A stretch of DNA of 64,000 nucleotides from Azolla caroliniana (taxonomy: Eukaryota > Plantae > Polypodiophyta): the NCBI GenBank assembly GCA_043228905.1, contig JBHGNT010000009.1:4402001-4466000 (forward strand). Direction: 5' to 3'. Below, one piece after another: positions 27,829 to 42,969 of the stretch (position 1 is the first letter of the stretch; each line of letters starts with the position of its first letter). The notes below the pieces were generated by a model. It was not told the DNA's origin. It did not search any database and was given only the letters and a program-made list of their open reading frames with translations. The translations under genes and the position numbers were made by a program.

Positions 27829-28519
27829 CCAACATTCTAACATAATGCTTGGAGGATCAAACTTTGTGCAACCAATCTACAGAAATGATTTGCCACTCTT
27901 TAGGCATAAATAGTGGCATTAGTTCAGACAAAGCCAAATTTGATTGAAGAGCAAGCCCTTTGGTGCCAATGATAAACAAAACTATATAAGGAGTTGTTAC
28001 CACCGTTTTGACAAAATGCTTGAACCTAATGTAGGAAGATCAAAATTAAAATAAAATAAAATACAATACCGTAAAAAGATTTCTACAATACCATAAAAGA
28101 TTTGGCATTTAATCCTTGTTGGAAATTCTAGTAATAATTGAAAATTCCAAAATTATAAACACTAGTTTCAAACTATTGAACATTCCCACATTTACAACCT
28201 ATAATGGAAATAACGACAAAACTAAAGTGCTAGGAATTTCTAGCACAAGTGGTTTTCCATTGGTTTTTTGGCAGTTTTGAGAAAATGTTGAGAACTCCCA
28301 CACTTAGAATATTCTATCGGAAATTTTGGTACTTCAAAATTCCGATAGTCTTAAGAAAGTTCAAAAATTATAGAGAAATGTAAATTTCAAACATTTTGCT
28401 ATTTTAATAAAATTGATAAAGTGTCAAAAAGTTCTGTAATTTATGAAATTTTGATCGTTGGCTATCTTATTCAATTCTTTTCTTTTCTTTTGTTCTATAT
28501 GTGTTATATTTTGGGTGTG

Positions 28520-29655
28520 TTGCAGATATGACAAAATGCAACCTTAGTTAGATTGTAGGTTGAAAATGATGGATTTTAGTTGATGGACCTAGGAGAATAA
28601 GAAAGGTAGTGTTGATCATGGTCATACAATGATGTCATTCATGAGCTTCTTTCAACAATACCTTTTTGAATCACCATTGTAGAATAGGAGCATATCATCA
28701 CTACACTTGACATTAAACACAATGTTTTTGTGTCGTGGTAAATGTTGTGTTTAGCGTCATGGTGTCCCGATCTGATGAGCGCACACGAGGAAATCATTTA
28801 GACTTCATATGTAGCGCAAAAGTATGGAAAGAGGGTCATGAGATGAGATAAAGTTAATAATACCAAAAAGATATAGCTCAATTGGTAAGCGCCTACATTT
28901 TATTGTTGGGACTATGTCAATGTGGGGCTCTTGTTAGCTAAGTATGTGTAATCCTCGCAAAACCCAAGGTTGATGTCACGATACAATGACATAAAATACA
29001 TAGTTGGTGAGTAGTGAACCCACAACTGTTGAGAAACCTAGGTCCATAAACTAAAATCCATCATTTTCAACCTACAATCTAACTAAGGTTGCATTTTGTC
29101 ATATCTGCAAATGTTCTTTTGTTCTTTCTAAAAACATTTGCAGATATGACAAAATGCAACCTTACTTAGATTGTAGATTGAAAATGATGGTTTTGAGTTG
29201 ATGGACGTAGGAGAATAAGAAAGGTAGTGTTGATCATGGTCATACAATGATGTCATTCATGAGCTTCTTTCAACGATACCTTTTTGAATCACCATTGTAG
29301 AATAGGAGCATATCATCACTACAGTTGACATTAAACACAATGTTTTTGTGTCATGGTACATGTTGTGTTTAGCGTCACGGTGTCCTGATCTTGTGCACAC
29401 ACACGAGGAAATCATTTAGACTTCATATATAGTGCAAAAGTATGGAAAGAGGGTCATGAGATGAGATAAAGTTAATAATAACAAAAAGATATAGCTCAAT
29501 TGGTAAGTGCCTACATTTTATTGTTGGGACTATGTCAATGTGGGGCTCTTGTTAGCTAAGTATGTGTAATCCTCGCAAAACCCAAGGTTGATGTCACGAT
29601 ACAATGACATAAAATACATAGTTGGTGAGTAGTGAACCCACAATTGTTGAGAAAC
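28520..29655. repeat. 518-bp direct duplication (28520-29037 and 29138-29655) separated by an inverted copy of the unit's first 74 bp (29037-29110)
   Basis: Both copies begin TTGCAGATATGACAAAATGCAACC and end TGTTGAGAAAC. The middle segment is the reverse complement of 28520-28593. Confidence 0.9.
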
Positions 29656-30280
29656 GAATCGTCAATCCACAAGAAGAGGAATATGTTGAAATACACAACT
29701 TTGAAACACAGAAAATAGTGTACACAGATTTAACGTGGAAGCCTTAAAATGGGAGAAAACCACAAAGAATGGAGCTTCACTATACAATGGATATACAATA
29801 ACGAGATTAGGGTACAACACTCTCTACACATAATGTAAACAGCCTCGCAGGGCTCTTAACGTATGCTGTTACTGAACACAGCTATGGTGCCACCCACTCT
29901 CTCTCCTCATGTTCACACTCTTCCCTATTTTCCCTTCTCTCTTTTTGTTTGCCCTAAGTGTATTTATACTTATACCCTTTATGGGCTATTTACAAATGTA
30001 GCCATTGCTACTGTCATTCCTATTATTATCTAATATTAATAATGATCTTACTAATAAGCCGACTCATCCGTCGACTGTCGGGTCGGTTCGACTAGTCGGC
30101 CTGGTCATCGACCATATGGTCGACCCGACTAGGTGGTCGTGTCTTCGACCTCGATAAACTCTCTCTAGGTCGACTCCTTAACCGTCGACCCTTATCCAAC
30201 TAGTTGATTGATCCTTGTCTTCGACTGTCGGCTCTCTCCGACCAGTCGGCTCCTCCCACTGGAGGGACGTATTCCTAACA
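29645..30280 (-). mobile_element. Solo LTR (636 bp)
   Basis: TGTTGA...CCTAACA termini, perfect 5-bp TSD ACAAT, TATA-like and U5-like motifs on the minus strand. Confidence 0.85.
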
Positions 30281-30755
30281 ACAATCTCAAGCCAACAAGA
30301 TGTCATGCTCAACCATCTTGACATGAGCATGTATTTATATATGATGTACTTGATCTAAAAACATTCTCTAGTCACATACCTTTAGATAGTTCTAGAATAT
30401 TCTCCAGAATAATCTAATGCATATACTTTAGCTCACAATATGAATACTTGTAACCTCCTTGGTCCCTTTCAAGGGATTCAACACCAGTCATTGACACATA
30501 AATCTAGTCTTCTTGTTCCATTCCATCTTGTCTCCTTCTTCATCTTTATCTTCATGCTCTCTAGTTAATCCTAGCTTCCTAAGTTCAAAGTCTCATCACT
30601 CCCAACTTCTAGAGTTCCTAGCCTCGTCACTTCCAGTTCCATGTTCGTAGCCTTATCGGTCATATCCTCGTCATCCGTGCTCCGTCCATGGTTGGTGTGT
30701 TCGTGACAATCGAGGAGGTTTGGGTCCTTCTCAAACCATCCTGAGGGGGTGATGG

Positions 30756-30949
30756 TAGGAATTGGCAATGACTTGGCTCAAGCCTAAACCAAATTGTGGT
30801 TTGGCTTGAGCTTCCTTAACCGGTTTGAGCTCGGTTTGGGATTGCTCTAACCGGTTAAGCATAAACCGGTTACCAAGCCGATTAAGGCTTAATTGGCTTG
30901 GCTAAACCGGTTAGCCTAACACGGTAAACCGAACCATTGTCAATTCCTA
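30756..30949. mobile_element. hAT-type MITE
   Basis: TIRs TAGGAATTGGCAATG / CATTGTCAATTCCTA, 8-bp TSD GGTGATGG/AGTGATGG, subterminal AACCG/CGGTT repeats. Confidence 0.8.
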
Positions 30950-31701
30950 AGTGATGGGTGGTTTGACACCCTCTTTCCTCTCTTTGGTTTATTATTCCAT
31001 TTTTCTTATTAATAAGTTAGACTCTAGCATGCAAGTTGGAGAGCATGGTGGTGAACCACAAAATTTAGGTCTATGGATATAATTCTATCTTACCTTCGAA
31101 ATCATAAGGTCGACAAACTAGGTGGTGTACGACTGTTTGCTAGGCCGACCCTAAGTTGAGTTAGTTAGTTGGTCATGAGCTTTAGAAATGATATGATTCA
31201 TATGCCAAAAACCAATATAACTAACCAAGTCCACATGTACACCCAAAAAGTCCACGAGCAAGAAGGACGTCCCCTCATGGATGATAAGCGAGTCACAACT
31301 TAGTTTGAAGCCGGTGTGCTTGCATGTAACCCCGAAGACAATTGGGAACTTATTCGAGACATCACTTAGTGGCCCAAAGGTCACAACAAAGCATAGTCTA
31401 TCCTCAACTCTTCATCATATATGAATTGGATTCACACGCTAGCCATGGTAGTTGTAATGTATCCCACTAGTTCTATACGTAGTGATGAGGATGCATGAAC
31501 GATGTTGTTTTTCAACTTGACCACGAGGCTTGTGTGAAAGAATAGACATGTGGTAGCTTGTACAAAACCCCATTCCTACACCACTAATAATGTAGCAGGC
31601 TTCGTCGACTCAACACCTCAGGTCTTGTACTAGCTTTGCTACCATAGAATGGTGCAACAATCGGTTTTAGTAGACATCAAGGCAACATCAACCCTTGTTT
31701 C

Positions 31702-32194
31702 TGTTGGGAAACTTGTCCCTTTGCATGGGATCAGGTGATCCGGATCAGATCAGAAGAAACCGGAAGTAGGGACATATTAGTAAATATGTTCGGATGCGCA
31801 CGTTGAGGCCATATTTGTAAATAGCCCTAAAGTTATATGAGTATAAATATAACTAGGGCAAAACCTATTATGTGTGTAGAACTGTTAGTTAGTAGTTGGT
31901 CATTGTACAAAGAGATAGAGGGAGTGAGAGAGATACAATAGGTTGTATCTGTTGAAACCGCCTATGTGCGAAGACATAGAGCTGGAGGTTGTTGCCTCTC
32001 AGTCTATTACTGTATCCTTCCTCCCTCCCATAGTGATCCTATTCCGAGTTAGCGAACTCCCATGGTTTTGCCTCTCGAGGTTTTCCACGTTAACATTATG
32101 TGTAACTGTATTAATCTCTATTTATATTTTGTTGCTTCCATTGTGCGTTTGGATCTCGGTTGTGGCCGAGAATGATTCCTCTCAATTTCCTACA
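31702..32194 (+). mobile_element. Probable solo LTR
   Basis: TGTTGG...TTTCCTACA ends, TATAAAT, and a GGTTTTCCACGTTAA motif shared with the other LTRs. No TSD recovered. Confidence 0.5.
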
Positions 32195-34717
32195 AAAGAT
32201 GGGTGATGCTCGTTCCCTTATTTGAATGATGGGTGGTGCTCGTAACAATACTATGGCGAGTTCGATCAATGAGATGCTACATTGAGTCTTTCTTCTACAC
32301 AATTAAAATGGCCATAGCCCCGACCTCTATCCAAGCATAGGTGTGACCTGCAAAAGTCATGAAACAATTATGTCTTTTGGGACAAGATTGGTGTCAAAAG
32401 AGTAAGTGCATGGAAGCCCCAAGTGTGCATGCCATTAACTTTCTGACCACCAATGGACTTAAAAACGAAATTTTATTTGAAGCTTCAAATAGGCGTATTC
32501 AACAAATTATCGCACCCTTGGCCCTAAACAAGGCTACGGAACTAGACCAAGCTATAACATCAATTCGGAACCCGGGCCCAATTCTAGACCAGCTTCAATG
32601 TTGACTTCCAACTTACTACACATACAAAAACATTGTGGCATGACCAAACTTCCAAGGGTGGAATGGTTTCCAAAGAAAAACTCATTGGCCCCACCAACAA
32701 TAGACACTACTTCGATACCTCCCAAAGGTGCTATTATACAAAGGCCAACCAAATGTACAAAGTGGGTTAATATTTGTGGCATATTATTTGAAGATAAAAA
32801 CAAGGGTATTAATGCCACATTGCAGATTAGGAAACAAAGGACGCCCTGATCTCGTTCCCTAAACATAACAGGTTGCATACATGCCGTAGAGAATGGAGCA
32901 CAAGCTAAAGGGGGAATAGGATTGGGCCACCCAATTTTTATTCCTAAACATAGAAAGTTGTGTTTCCCTACTAAAAGAATGCAAGTTATAGGGGAGAAGA
33001 CAATATCTTGTACGAACATCTAACCTATCAGTAGAGTAGGGTGTCAAATTAGAAGCCTTGAAAAATTCTTAAAAATTTCCATGCTTGAACTTTGCCCTAC
33101 ACCCCCATGCACGACATATGTAGACACATGTACACTACATATGGTAGATATGGTGTTGGTTGCCATGAAAGCCCAAATGGCTTCCAAAAGTCCTTTCTTT
33201 CCCATCGAAAACCAAGACAACGATGGCTAGTAAGGGATCATCTCATTACACTCTAGAGTCTAAAACATGTGTCAACATCTTTGCAAAAGCTTCACCCGCT
33301 CACACTAATTCCAAAAATTCACCTATGTCAGACATTTCCACATGCAGTATGAAGAGGCCAACAAGAAGCTATGACAACTTTATCACTTTGTATTTTAACC
33401 TTCGAAACTTCACAGATTTCTCATGCCTCCAAGTCCAAATGGCCCCTCCGATTAATGTGTGGTTTCCATGCACACATGATTCGCCACAATCTCATTTGGT
33501 TGGGCCACGAAATGTTGCAGACATGTAAAATTAACAACTCGAGTAAGTTTTTGGTTCTAGCCATCACAAAGTCTTTATCTCTTTATTTAACTTGTATATG
33601 CACATCCTTCTCTTTCGACGACTTCTTGTTTCACATCCACCTCCAACCTCAATTCCCAATTTCTGTTGTATATATGTTCATATAGCTTCTTGTTTTCTTT
33701 GCCACTCCTATTTTTCTATTCTTTCTTGCTATCTCTGGCATTCTCTTTGCTACTTTGATATTCTATGATTCTTTCTCTCCTCCACCACCTTGATACTTCA
33801 TTCACATCTACTTGCTCACTCTCATTGTTTTTTCCCCCCAAATTACGTGCTTGTCAACCCATAGGTTCAACAAACATGTAGGAAAACCTTGGACTTAGTT
33901 TCTCACATACACCAATTTCCTCGAATAGTTCTCGACAACTTTACTTGACCATAATTCCCAATGGCCTTTGTCGAAGGGTATCCTTACACGGGTTTAATAC
34001 GCGTAGGATTGGTCTTCTTGGACCAAATGGCAAACATAAGATATTTGCATAATCACATCAACAAATGTGCAAATAGACCCCTTGACACCTCATCAGCCAA
34101 CTGATTCCCTGAAAGGTTCTCTTGAGACAAATACGTGTATATCTTGAATCGGCACCCTAGACAAAACACATGACGACGCATTACACGAGAGGAGTTCTTT
34201 AACACATCATGTGAGGCCATTGCTCGAGCCGAACACACAAAAAGCGATTTTTGCAGTGTCACCTTTTGAAGGCATATTTACTTGAATGCTCGAAAGGTTG
34301 TGACTTCCTTAAGACTTTCACTCAAAGGGATATCACGAACTCAAATGCATGAGTACTCCAACCCCTAAAAGAACTCCATGTGATCCGGTTTTTCGAATGA
34401 GACAAATTTCCAAAGACTTGGACCAAGCTTACTTCTAAATGGCTTTCTTGAATAGAATATGCCAAGAGTACCTAGAGCCATTAAATCAATCATGATGTCT
34501 TTAATAAAGGAGAATGAGAAATGTAATAGCAACAATTTTTAATCATAAACTAATAGTAGCTCATAAGACTACTCATTGTAATAATAAAATAAATATATAC
34601 TAGTAAATACATAACCACATAAACCTAAATCAAAACACAATAATATTAGCCAATAAATGCAAAAAATGCAAACACTTGTGTGCCGTTTGCAGAAGGTGTT
34701 ACTATACAACTTGATCC

Positions 34718-36798
<2,081 letters not shown>

Positions 36799-37039
36799 CT
36801 ACAACCTGATGCAACAAACATGATCACGTGCATGGTATTGTAAGTTGATGGGCACTTGGAGGAATATTAGATAAATTCATGCATTGGACATGATATGGTC
36901 TTCATATAAAAGAGAATATGCAATAGAGCTTGTTGAGGAACTACAAGATGATACAGTGGAAGGACATGCCTACTCTCTAGAGAGCAAACCATGAAGAGCT
37001 GAGTGAAAAAACTAAGTGAAGCTCAAGGATCTTGCCAAT

Positions 37040-37671
37040 GGATAACATGCAAGTTGTGGATGAACTTCTTTATCTCGCCATCACTTGGCCCAACAATTTA
37101 GTTATACAATAGAGCTCATGTTGTTAGCACATGCAAATGTCATGGATAGAGAAGGCGTGTCCGTGATAGCAAACTCCATGCAAGCCACACCTTGATGTGA
37201 AGTTTACAACAAGCTTTAAGCTACTTTATAGTGTATCAACTCAAAGTTGAGCTATGTAAGGGGCTACACACAATACTAGCATATTTGAGCAACAAGAAGC
37301 GAAGTAGTAGCATATTGGAGCAACATGGAGCAACAAGAAGCAACTATTGTTTCCTCTTAGCTATACTATAGAAGGGCAAGTAGTAATCGGCTTGTGACGT
37401 TACCTACATTAAGAGAACCCTAGTTGATCTTGGGATCAAGGCAATGGCAAAGGCAGAGATAGAATGTGACAATATGAGCAATATTCAATTAGCCATGAAG
37501 AACCATATGTTTCATGCTCCTATGAAATGCATAGAGATAAAATGTGACTTCATAACAAGGCAAATTTTTGCTTTCCACATCAATCTTGTTTGGGTGAACA
37601 AAAAAAAGTGGATAAGGTATGTGTTTTACAATGGCCTTAGGAGAGAGGAGAGAACAAGCATGAGAGTTTAA
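37040..37671 (+). mobile_element. Highly degenerate copia RT-end/RNase H remnant
   Basis: IECDNMSNIQLA...MFHAPMKCIEIKCDFITRQ resembles the copia CDN.SAI.LA...FH.RTKHIEV..HFIRE motif. Confidence 0.6.
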
Positions 37672-39238
37672 GAGTCCAACAACTAGGTCACAATGGTAGC
37701 AAACAAACGAAAAGTGGATATTGCACCAATTTTTTATGTATTATTTTTTTATAGCTAGGCTAATATTTGTGTTAGATATGTAAGCCTAATATTTGTGTTA
37801 ATGTAAACACTCTTGTATGAGAACCCTTAAATGTTTCCTCTATATAATTCATGCACTAAAAGGAGAATATGATGTTATCAAGGGTGATTAAGATGTAGTC
37901 TTTCGAAAGCAAGAGGTTTTTATGAAGAGATGGAAAAGGATGAATGTCTTCTTCATGGTTAATGGTCGTATACATTGGAGGTATTAGCCACCTCTCTGGT
38001 TATTTCCTCCATTGAAATCAAGCATGTGGCCATGTACAATTGTTCTTGGCAATGCTTTGGGGGATGTGTATGTCCGTGGTAGCCTAAGAGTAGTTGAAAA
38101 GGTAAAAAACTGTGTTGAAGTATCATGTAAATCACTTTAGACATAATATAAACCATTGTTGGCAAGAAGAAGAAGAAGAAGAAGAAAATATACATACCAA
38201 TTTGTGTGTTAGTATAAATTGTATTGAATGTAAGAATATCTTTGCAAAAGCTATATGAGCAACTTTCTTGAGTAATATGTAGAATCACTTCTCCCTTTCT
38301 TTTATCCTCACATATTGAGTATACATCTCTCACACACACAAACACATACACTTATTGTATATCTCATACTAATCCCACACGCTCACGTGCAAGCGCGCGC
38401 GCACACACACACAAATCAATCTCTAATTATTGTAACTTGTTTGGTACTAAATGATGTGATTTATTGCATAAATGCCATCTTTGAGTCACCACAAGTTTCA
38501 ACCTATCCTTCATCCGTTGAGGATCACACCAACGTAGTGTCCTCCATTATCCAACAAAACAATACCATATCTTAGCATGATCCTTATGCTTCATTATAGA
38601 CACAATACATTCCATTGACTATTGAAATTACTGCATACATTTTATCTATCATAACACACAATCACATTCAAGTCTCTCTCCACTTCATTAATTCCCAAGA
38701 ACAATTGACCTCAAATAATAATACCCAAGAGAAAAAAGTGAACACACTATCCTCATACTATGCTAGGAAGTGGTTGATTAATGATTTCAAGGGGAATTAT
38801 ATTCTCTCCCTCTCTCTCACGCACTAATATCCAAGACGTTACCTTACAAGGTTAGTGAGCACAAACTACAAACGAATCTAGACAGGATGTTGAGGTTTGG
38901 TTTGATGTGGTTTTTAAGAGATGATTCCTTTGGGTTCCATGTGAATTAGCATGGAACATTTCATAATAAACAATCAATGAATCTTCGATCACATTCCAAA
39001 CTCTTGTCTTCCGCAAATATAATCATATTAACATAATTTTACTCAACAAATTCACACATGACGTATGGGTGGCCAAAACTTCTATATAACATGTACTACT
39101 CATTTGTGTGCCTTGTTCTAGCTCCATTTATTTGAAGCCACACAAATGACTAGGACTTCTTCAGAGACAAAAAATGCCCCTTGTAAATTGGCTCATGCTC
39201 CACAAAGAAACATATGCAAGAAGGTAATCAAGTTCCCC

Positions 39239-42030
39239 TTATTTCTCATCACGAAGGAGAATAGAGCTCCCTGAGTCGGAAAATGTGTCCTTCTTTACTT
39301 GATTGCCACAAAATCTTGAAAGCCATAATAACATGGTAAAGGTGGTGGCACTAGATAACATTACCAAAGTTATCCACACAATGTTGATGGATCTCTTAAG
39401 AGGCGCACATTGTTCCCTTGAAATAATGTTGAATGACTCATTGACAAAAGAGCAATCCGTAAGATTTTCAACCTCTGGGAGCATAGTAAGCAACTTTTGG
39501 GTGGCTGAGACATAGGCTACAGAAACATTATAGAGCCTCCTAGGAATACATGTTATGGTAGAAGAAGATGAATTCGTTGTGACACTTTCATTGGAGCATT
39601 TGAGCATGAATAAAACCTGTTCAAATTACGGAAGTGTTAGATATACTTGTAGGCCTATATAAAAATATGTCTGTGCATGAAAGAAAGAGATTGCCTTTGG
39701 AAGCATAGAGACGGATATTGTCCCATTGAGACATTGGGAGACTGCAACATAAGCTGGGGGCCCAGAGAAAGGATTGCACACTTGAGGTATGTCCTTTTGA
39801 TCCTCCGTGCTTTGGACTTGTTTTCTAATAAGCAGCTTTGTAATGTTCTTGTTTGCCTAATTCATACACAAACAAAACACAACGTTACTGAGAAAGAAAG
39901 AAATTTGTATTAATGCCTCTTCAAGATGCCAATTAGCTAATGAATAAGACTTAGAGACTAGCTCTACACCATCCTTGGAAAGAAGGATTTGTAGACAAAG
40001 GTAATCCTTGTTGGTAAGAGCTTAGGGTATTGCATCTTCATCAACATCAATAAATAAAGGTTTAGATACAAAACTAATCCTTGTAAAGAAGAGTTTTGGG
40101 TCCAAGGCAACCCTAGTAGATCAGGGTACCGATTTTTAGTGTAGGAACAACTAATTGATCTATACTGCCAACCTCATTAATGCATGTTTTAGGTTTTAAG
40201 CCAACAATAGTTCACAATCACCACCTTGAAAGTACTTAGCTTAGTATTGAATGACCATTAATTTTACCTCCAAGATATACTTGTAAATTTGTTTCCGTAA
40301 CTTGAAGATAGTTTTGTTTCCCATGGCAAGATCATTGCATGGAAGGACGTAGTCTAATGTCGTGTTACCTGCCATGTTTTGGTATTCTTTGATAGCTTCA
40401 CATGTGTCATCTGCAAAACTAAAAGGTTGCTTAATAAGCATATGTACCTAGAATTAAAATAGAAACTCTATCATACGAAGGAAACAAACAAAAATGTCTT
40501 CGAGTTCAGAAGAGCTTACTTGCTTACCGCAAACGTGAAACCAAAAGCCACCCAATTGAGGAAAACTAAGAACCAAGCGAATACAATGGCACTGCACATA
40601 AATACTATTCCACAATAAGGCCATCACAATGTTTTAACTTATATTACATGAAAGGATATCGACGCTTACACATTCGTAAGTAACTCATTAGAAAATTAGA
40701 ATATAGCCATCACTTACACAAGGAATAATCGCTTTATCTTGGCAGGGAAGATGGGTAAAAGAAAAAAACAAACTGCAAACATAAAACAAAAGCCAACTAA
40801 CTCAATGAAAAAAGCCAAATAGTTAAAGATAACAAAATCAAGCAAGAATGCAAGCAAAGCACCTTATACCTAGTCCAAATGTCCAAAGGACGATGTTCGA
40901 TATGCAAATTGTTACAAGACCAATATTCCTACGTAAAAAAATGTTAGCACTTCATAACTACAAAAGAAATGTCAAGCTCCAAACATTAAAATAATAAGGC
41001 TTGATGAATTGGCCAATTTAGGTTTGATCAATCACATTCTATTTGTTTAAATGAATTACTACACACAATCACATTTAACCTTCCAAGGCTAAACAATAAC
41101 ATGAATAATATCTAAAGAAACAAAAGAAACTGATCTTTTCGACACTCATGGAAGATGCGTCGAACTTACAAAGTTCTCAAGAATGAATCGAATAAGCTTT
41201 TATGATCATGAACGGCGTCGAGAAGTGTAATACTTGCTTTATTCAACTTTGTGGTCGTGTTATCTAACCTTTTCGCCACACCTTTATCATAAGGTTCTAT
41301 GTCCAACTTCATTTCCCCAATTGTTTGAGTCACGTTGTAGATTAGCCTAGTTGCATTCTGTGCGCCTTCCACCATTAGAGTCTTTTCCACCATTTTTGTT
41401 GTATTGTTGAACCTTCTACTTCCGACGATGCTCAATGTGCAACAACCTCTACATATATACATATATATAGTTGATAAGATCAATATGCATCAATTAGGCA
41501 TTCTCTAGAACATCAACTTTGGTTGTAACAATTGTAAGTGTATTGGATGTATTGGAGAACTCTATTAATCAATACTTCTATGCGGTCTACAAAGTTTCGG
41601 CAACAAGAAAAATGTATAAAACAAATAATTAGTGACAAACGATTCCTTTGAACTAATCAGTTAAATCAATTCACAAGAAATTCGGGTCGAGAGGAACATT
41701 GAGCCCCGGACTTACATTATGACGGAAGTGAAGAGGGTGCAGGCGATGAAGGGCAATATTAGGGCCACCGTGCCTCGGCAGCAATAAGAAGGCATTCGCA
41801 TTTTGCTAGCGATAGTCCTCGATAGGTTATGCAAAAATCGGCTCGAGAATCCGCCGCTCCGTTTGTAGCTCTTGCGGACAAACCATTGTATGGTAACGGT
41901 AATCACACCGCAAAGAAGCCACATTGCTCCGAGGACATAGCCATGAATCCCAGTATATAAGGTTGACTACAGCCAAATTCACATGCTTCCCAGATTCAAC
42001 CATCATAGGCATGCAATTATATATACATAC

Positions 42031-42063
<33 letters not shown>

Positions 42064-42969
42064 TGTATCATGTATGTATAGTTAAGCATAACATTATGTG
42101 GATACATTTGTGCTTTCGACAGACTAATATTCTCTCTCGAATCGAATCGAATTGTCGAAGACAAGAGGTGCACACAATCTCGAAGACTTACCGCGAGATA
42201 ATGCCTTCCTTTCAGGTTGTATCCACCTCTATATTTCTTGAAATGGTTTAGCGGATCGACACGGTCATGCTTGACAGCGAGCGGGTGTGCTTTGCCGCTC
42301 GTGACCGCGTGGGATGATTGAATGGCACCTAATCGACACATAGCGGATTAACGAATTATATTAAGGCCTAGATACAGATTTGAACTCGAGAAAGTTTCGA
42401 CCCACAGATTATTATTATTATTTTGAATGTTCAGATCAATCTACCCAAGTTTCACAACAAAACACATTATCGGCCATTTCATATCCAGAAATACCCCTAT
42501 TTAACTAACAAAACATATTTATCAGTCATTTCATATCCAGAAATAACCCAATTTAACTAACTCGATGCAAAATTCACAACAATCTATGATCAATTTTGAT
42601 AACTATTATATCGATTTATTTCTTCGACAATAGGATTAATTAAGAACCTTTTTAAGTTCGATTTGACCAATCATTGAAATATACGATATGATTAATCAGT
42701 TTGCATAAGAAGATTGCTGTAATTTGCGGAATCATTATATAGTAATCATCGACATCATGTGATCAAATGAATGGTTTACCTTCGTAATTAAGATGAAGTC
42801 GAAACACTGAATCGTGATCGGGCGGGCCAATCTTCGATCCCAAGGCCGCGATGGGCATGTTGGTGTCAAACGAATTATCGAAGAAGAGGAGGGTGAGAGA
42901 GATTAGCATAAAGGCAAGATAATTGATGCATAGCTTAATGGAGATTAAGCTAAGGATAGGATTAATCAT
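39239..42969 (-). CDS. Plant multi-pass transmembrane protein (At1g80540/At5g67550/At2g12400-like). Predicted exons 42969-42780, 42328-42192, 41966-41716, 41448-41170, 40928-40870, 40772-40718, 40591-40520, 40418-40268, 39856-39695, 39616-39239
   Basis: N-terminal hydrophobic segment, family motif RVDPLNHFKKYRGGYNL..RHY.AS..YTG..G, DDTCEA...TTLDYVLPC, VCNPF, L.DCSFV...F......QCAPL and a C-terminal TM helix. Exon phases are consistent. Confidence 0.85.
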
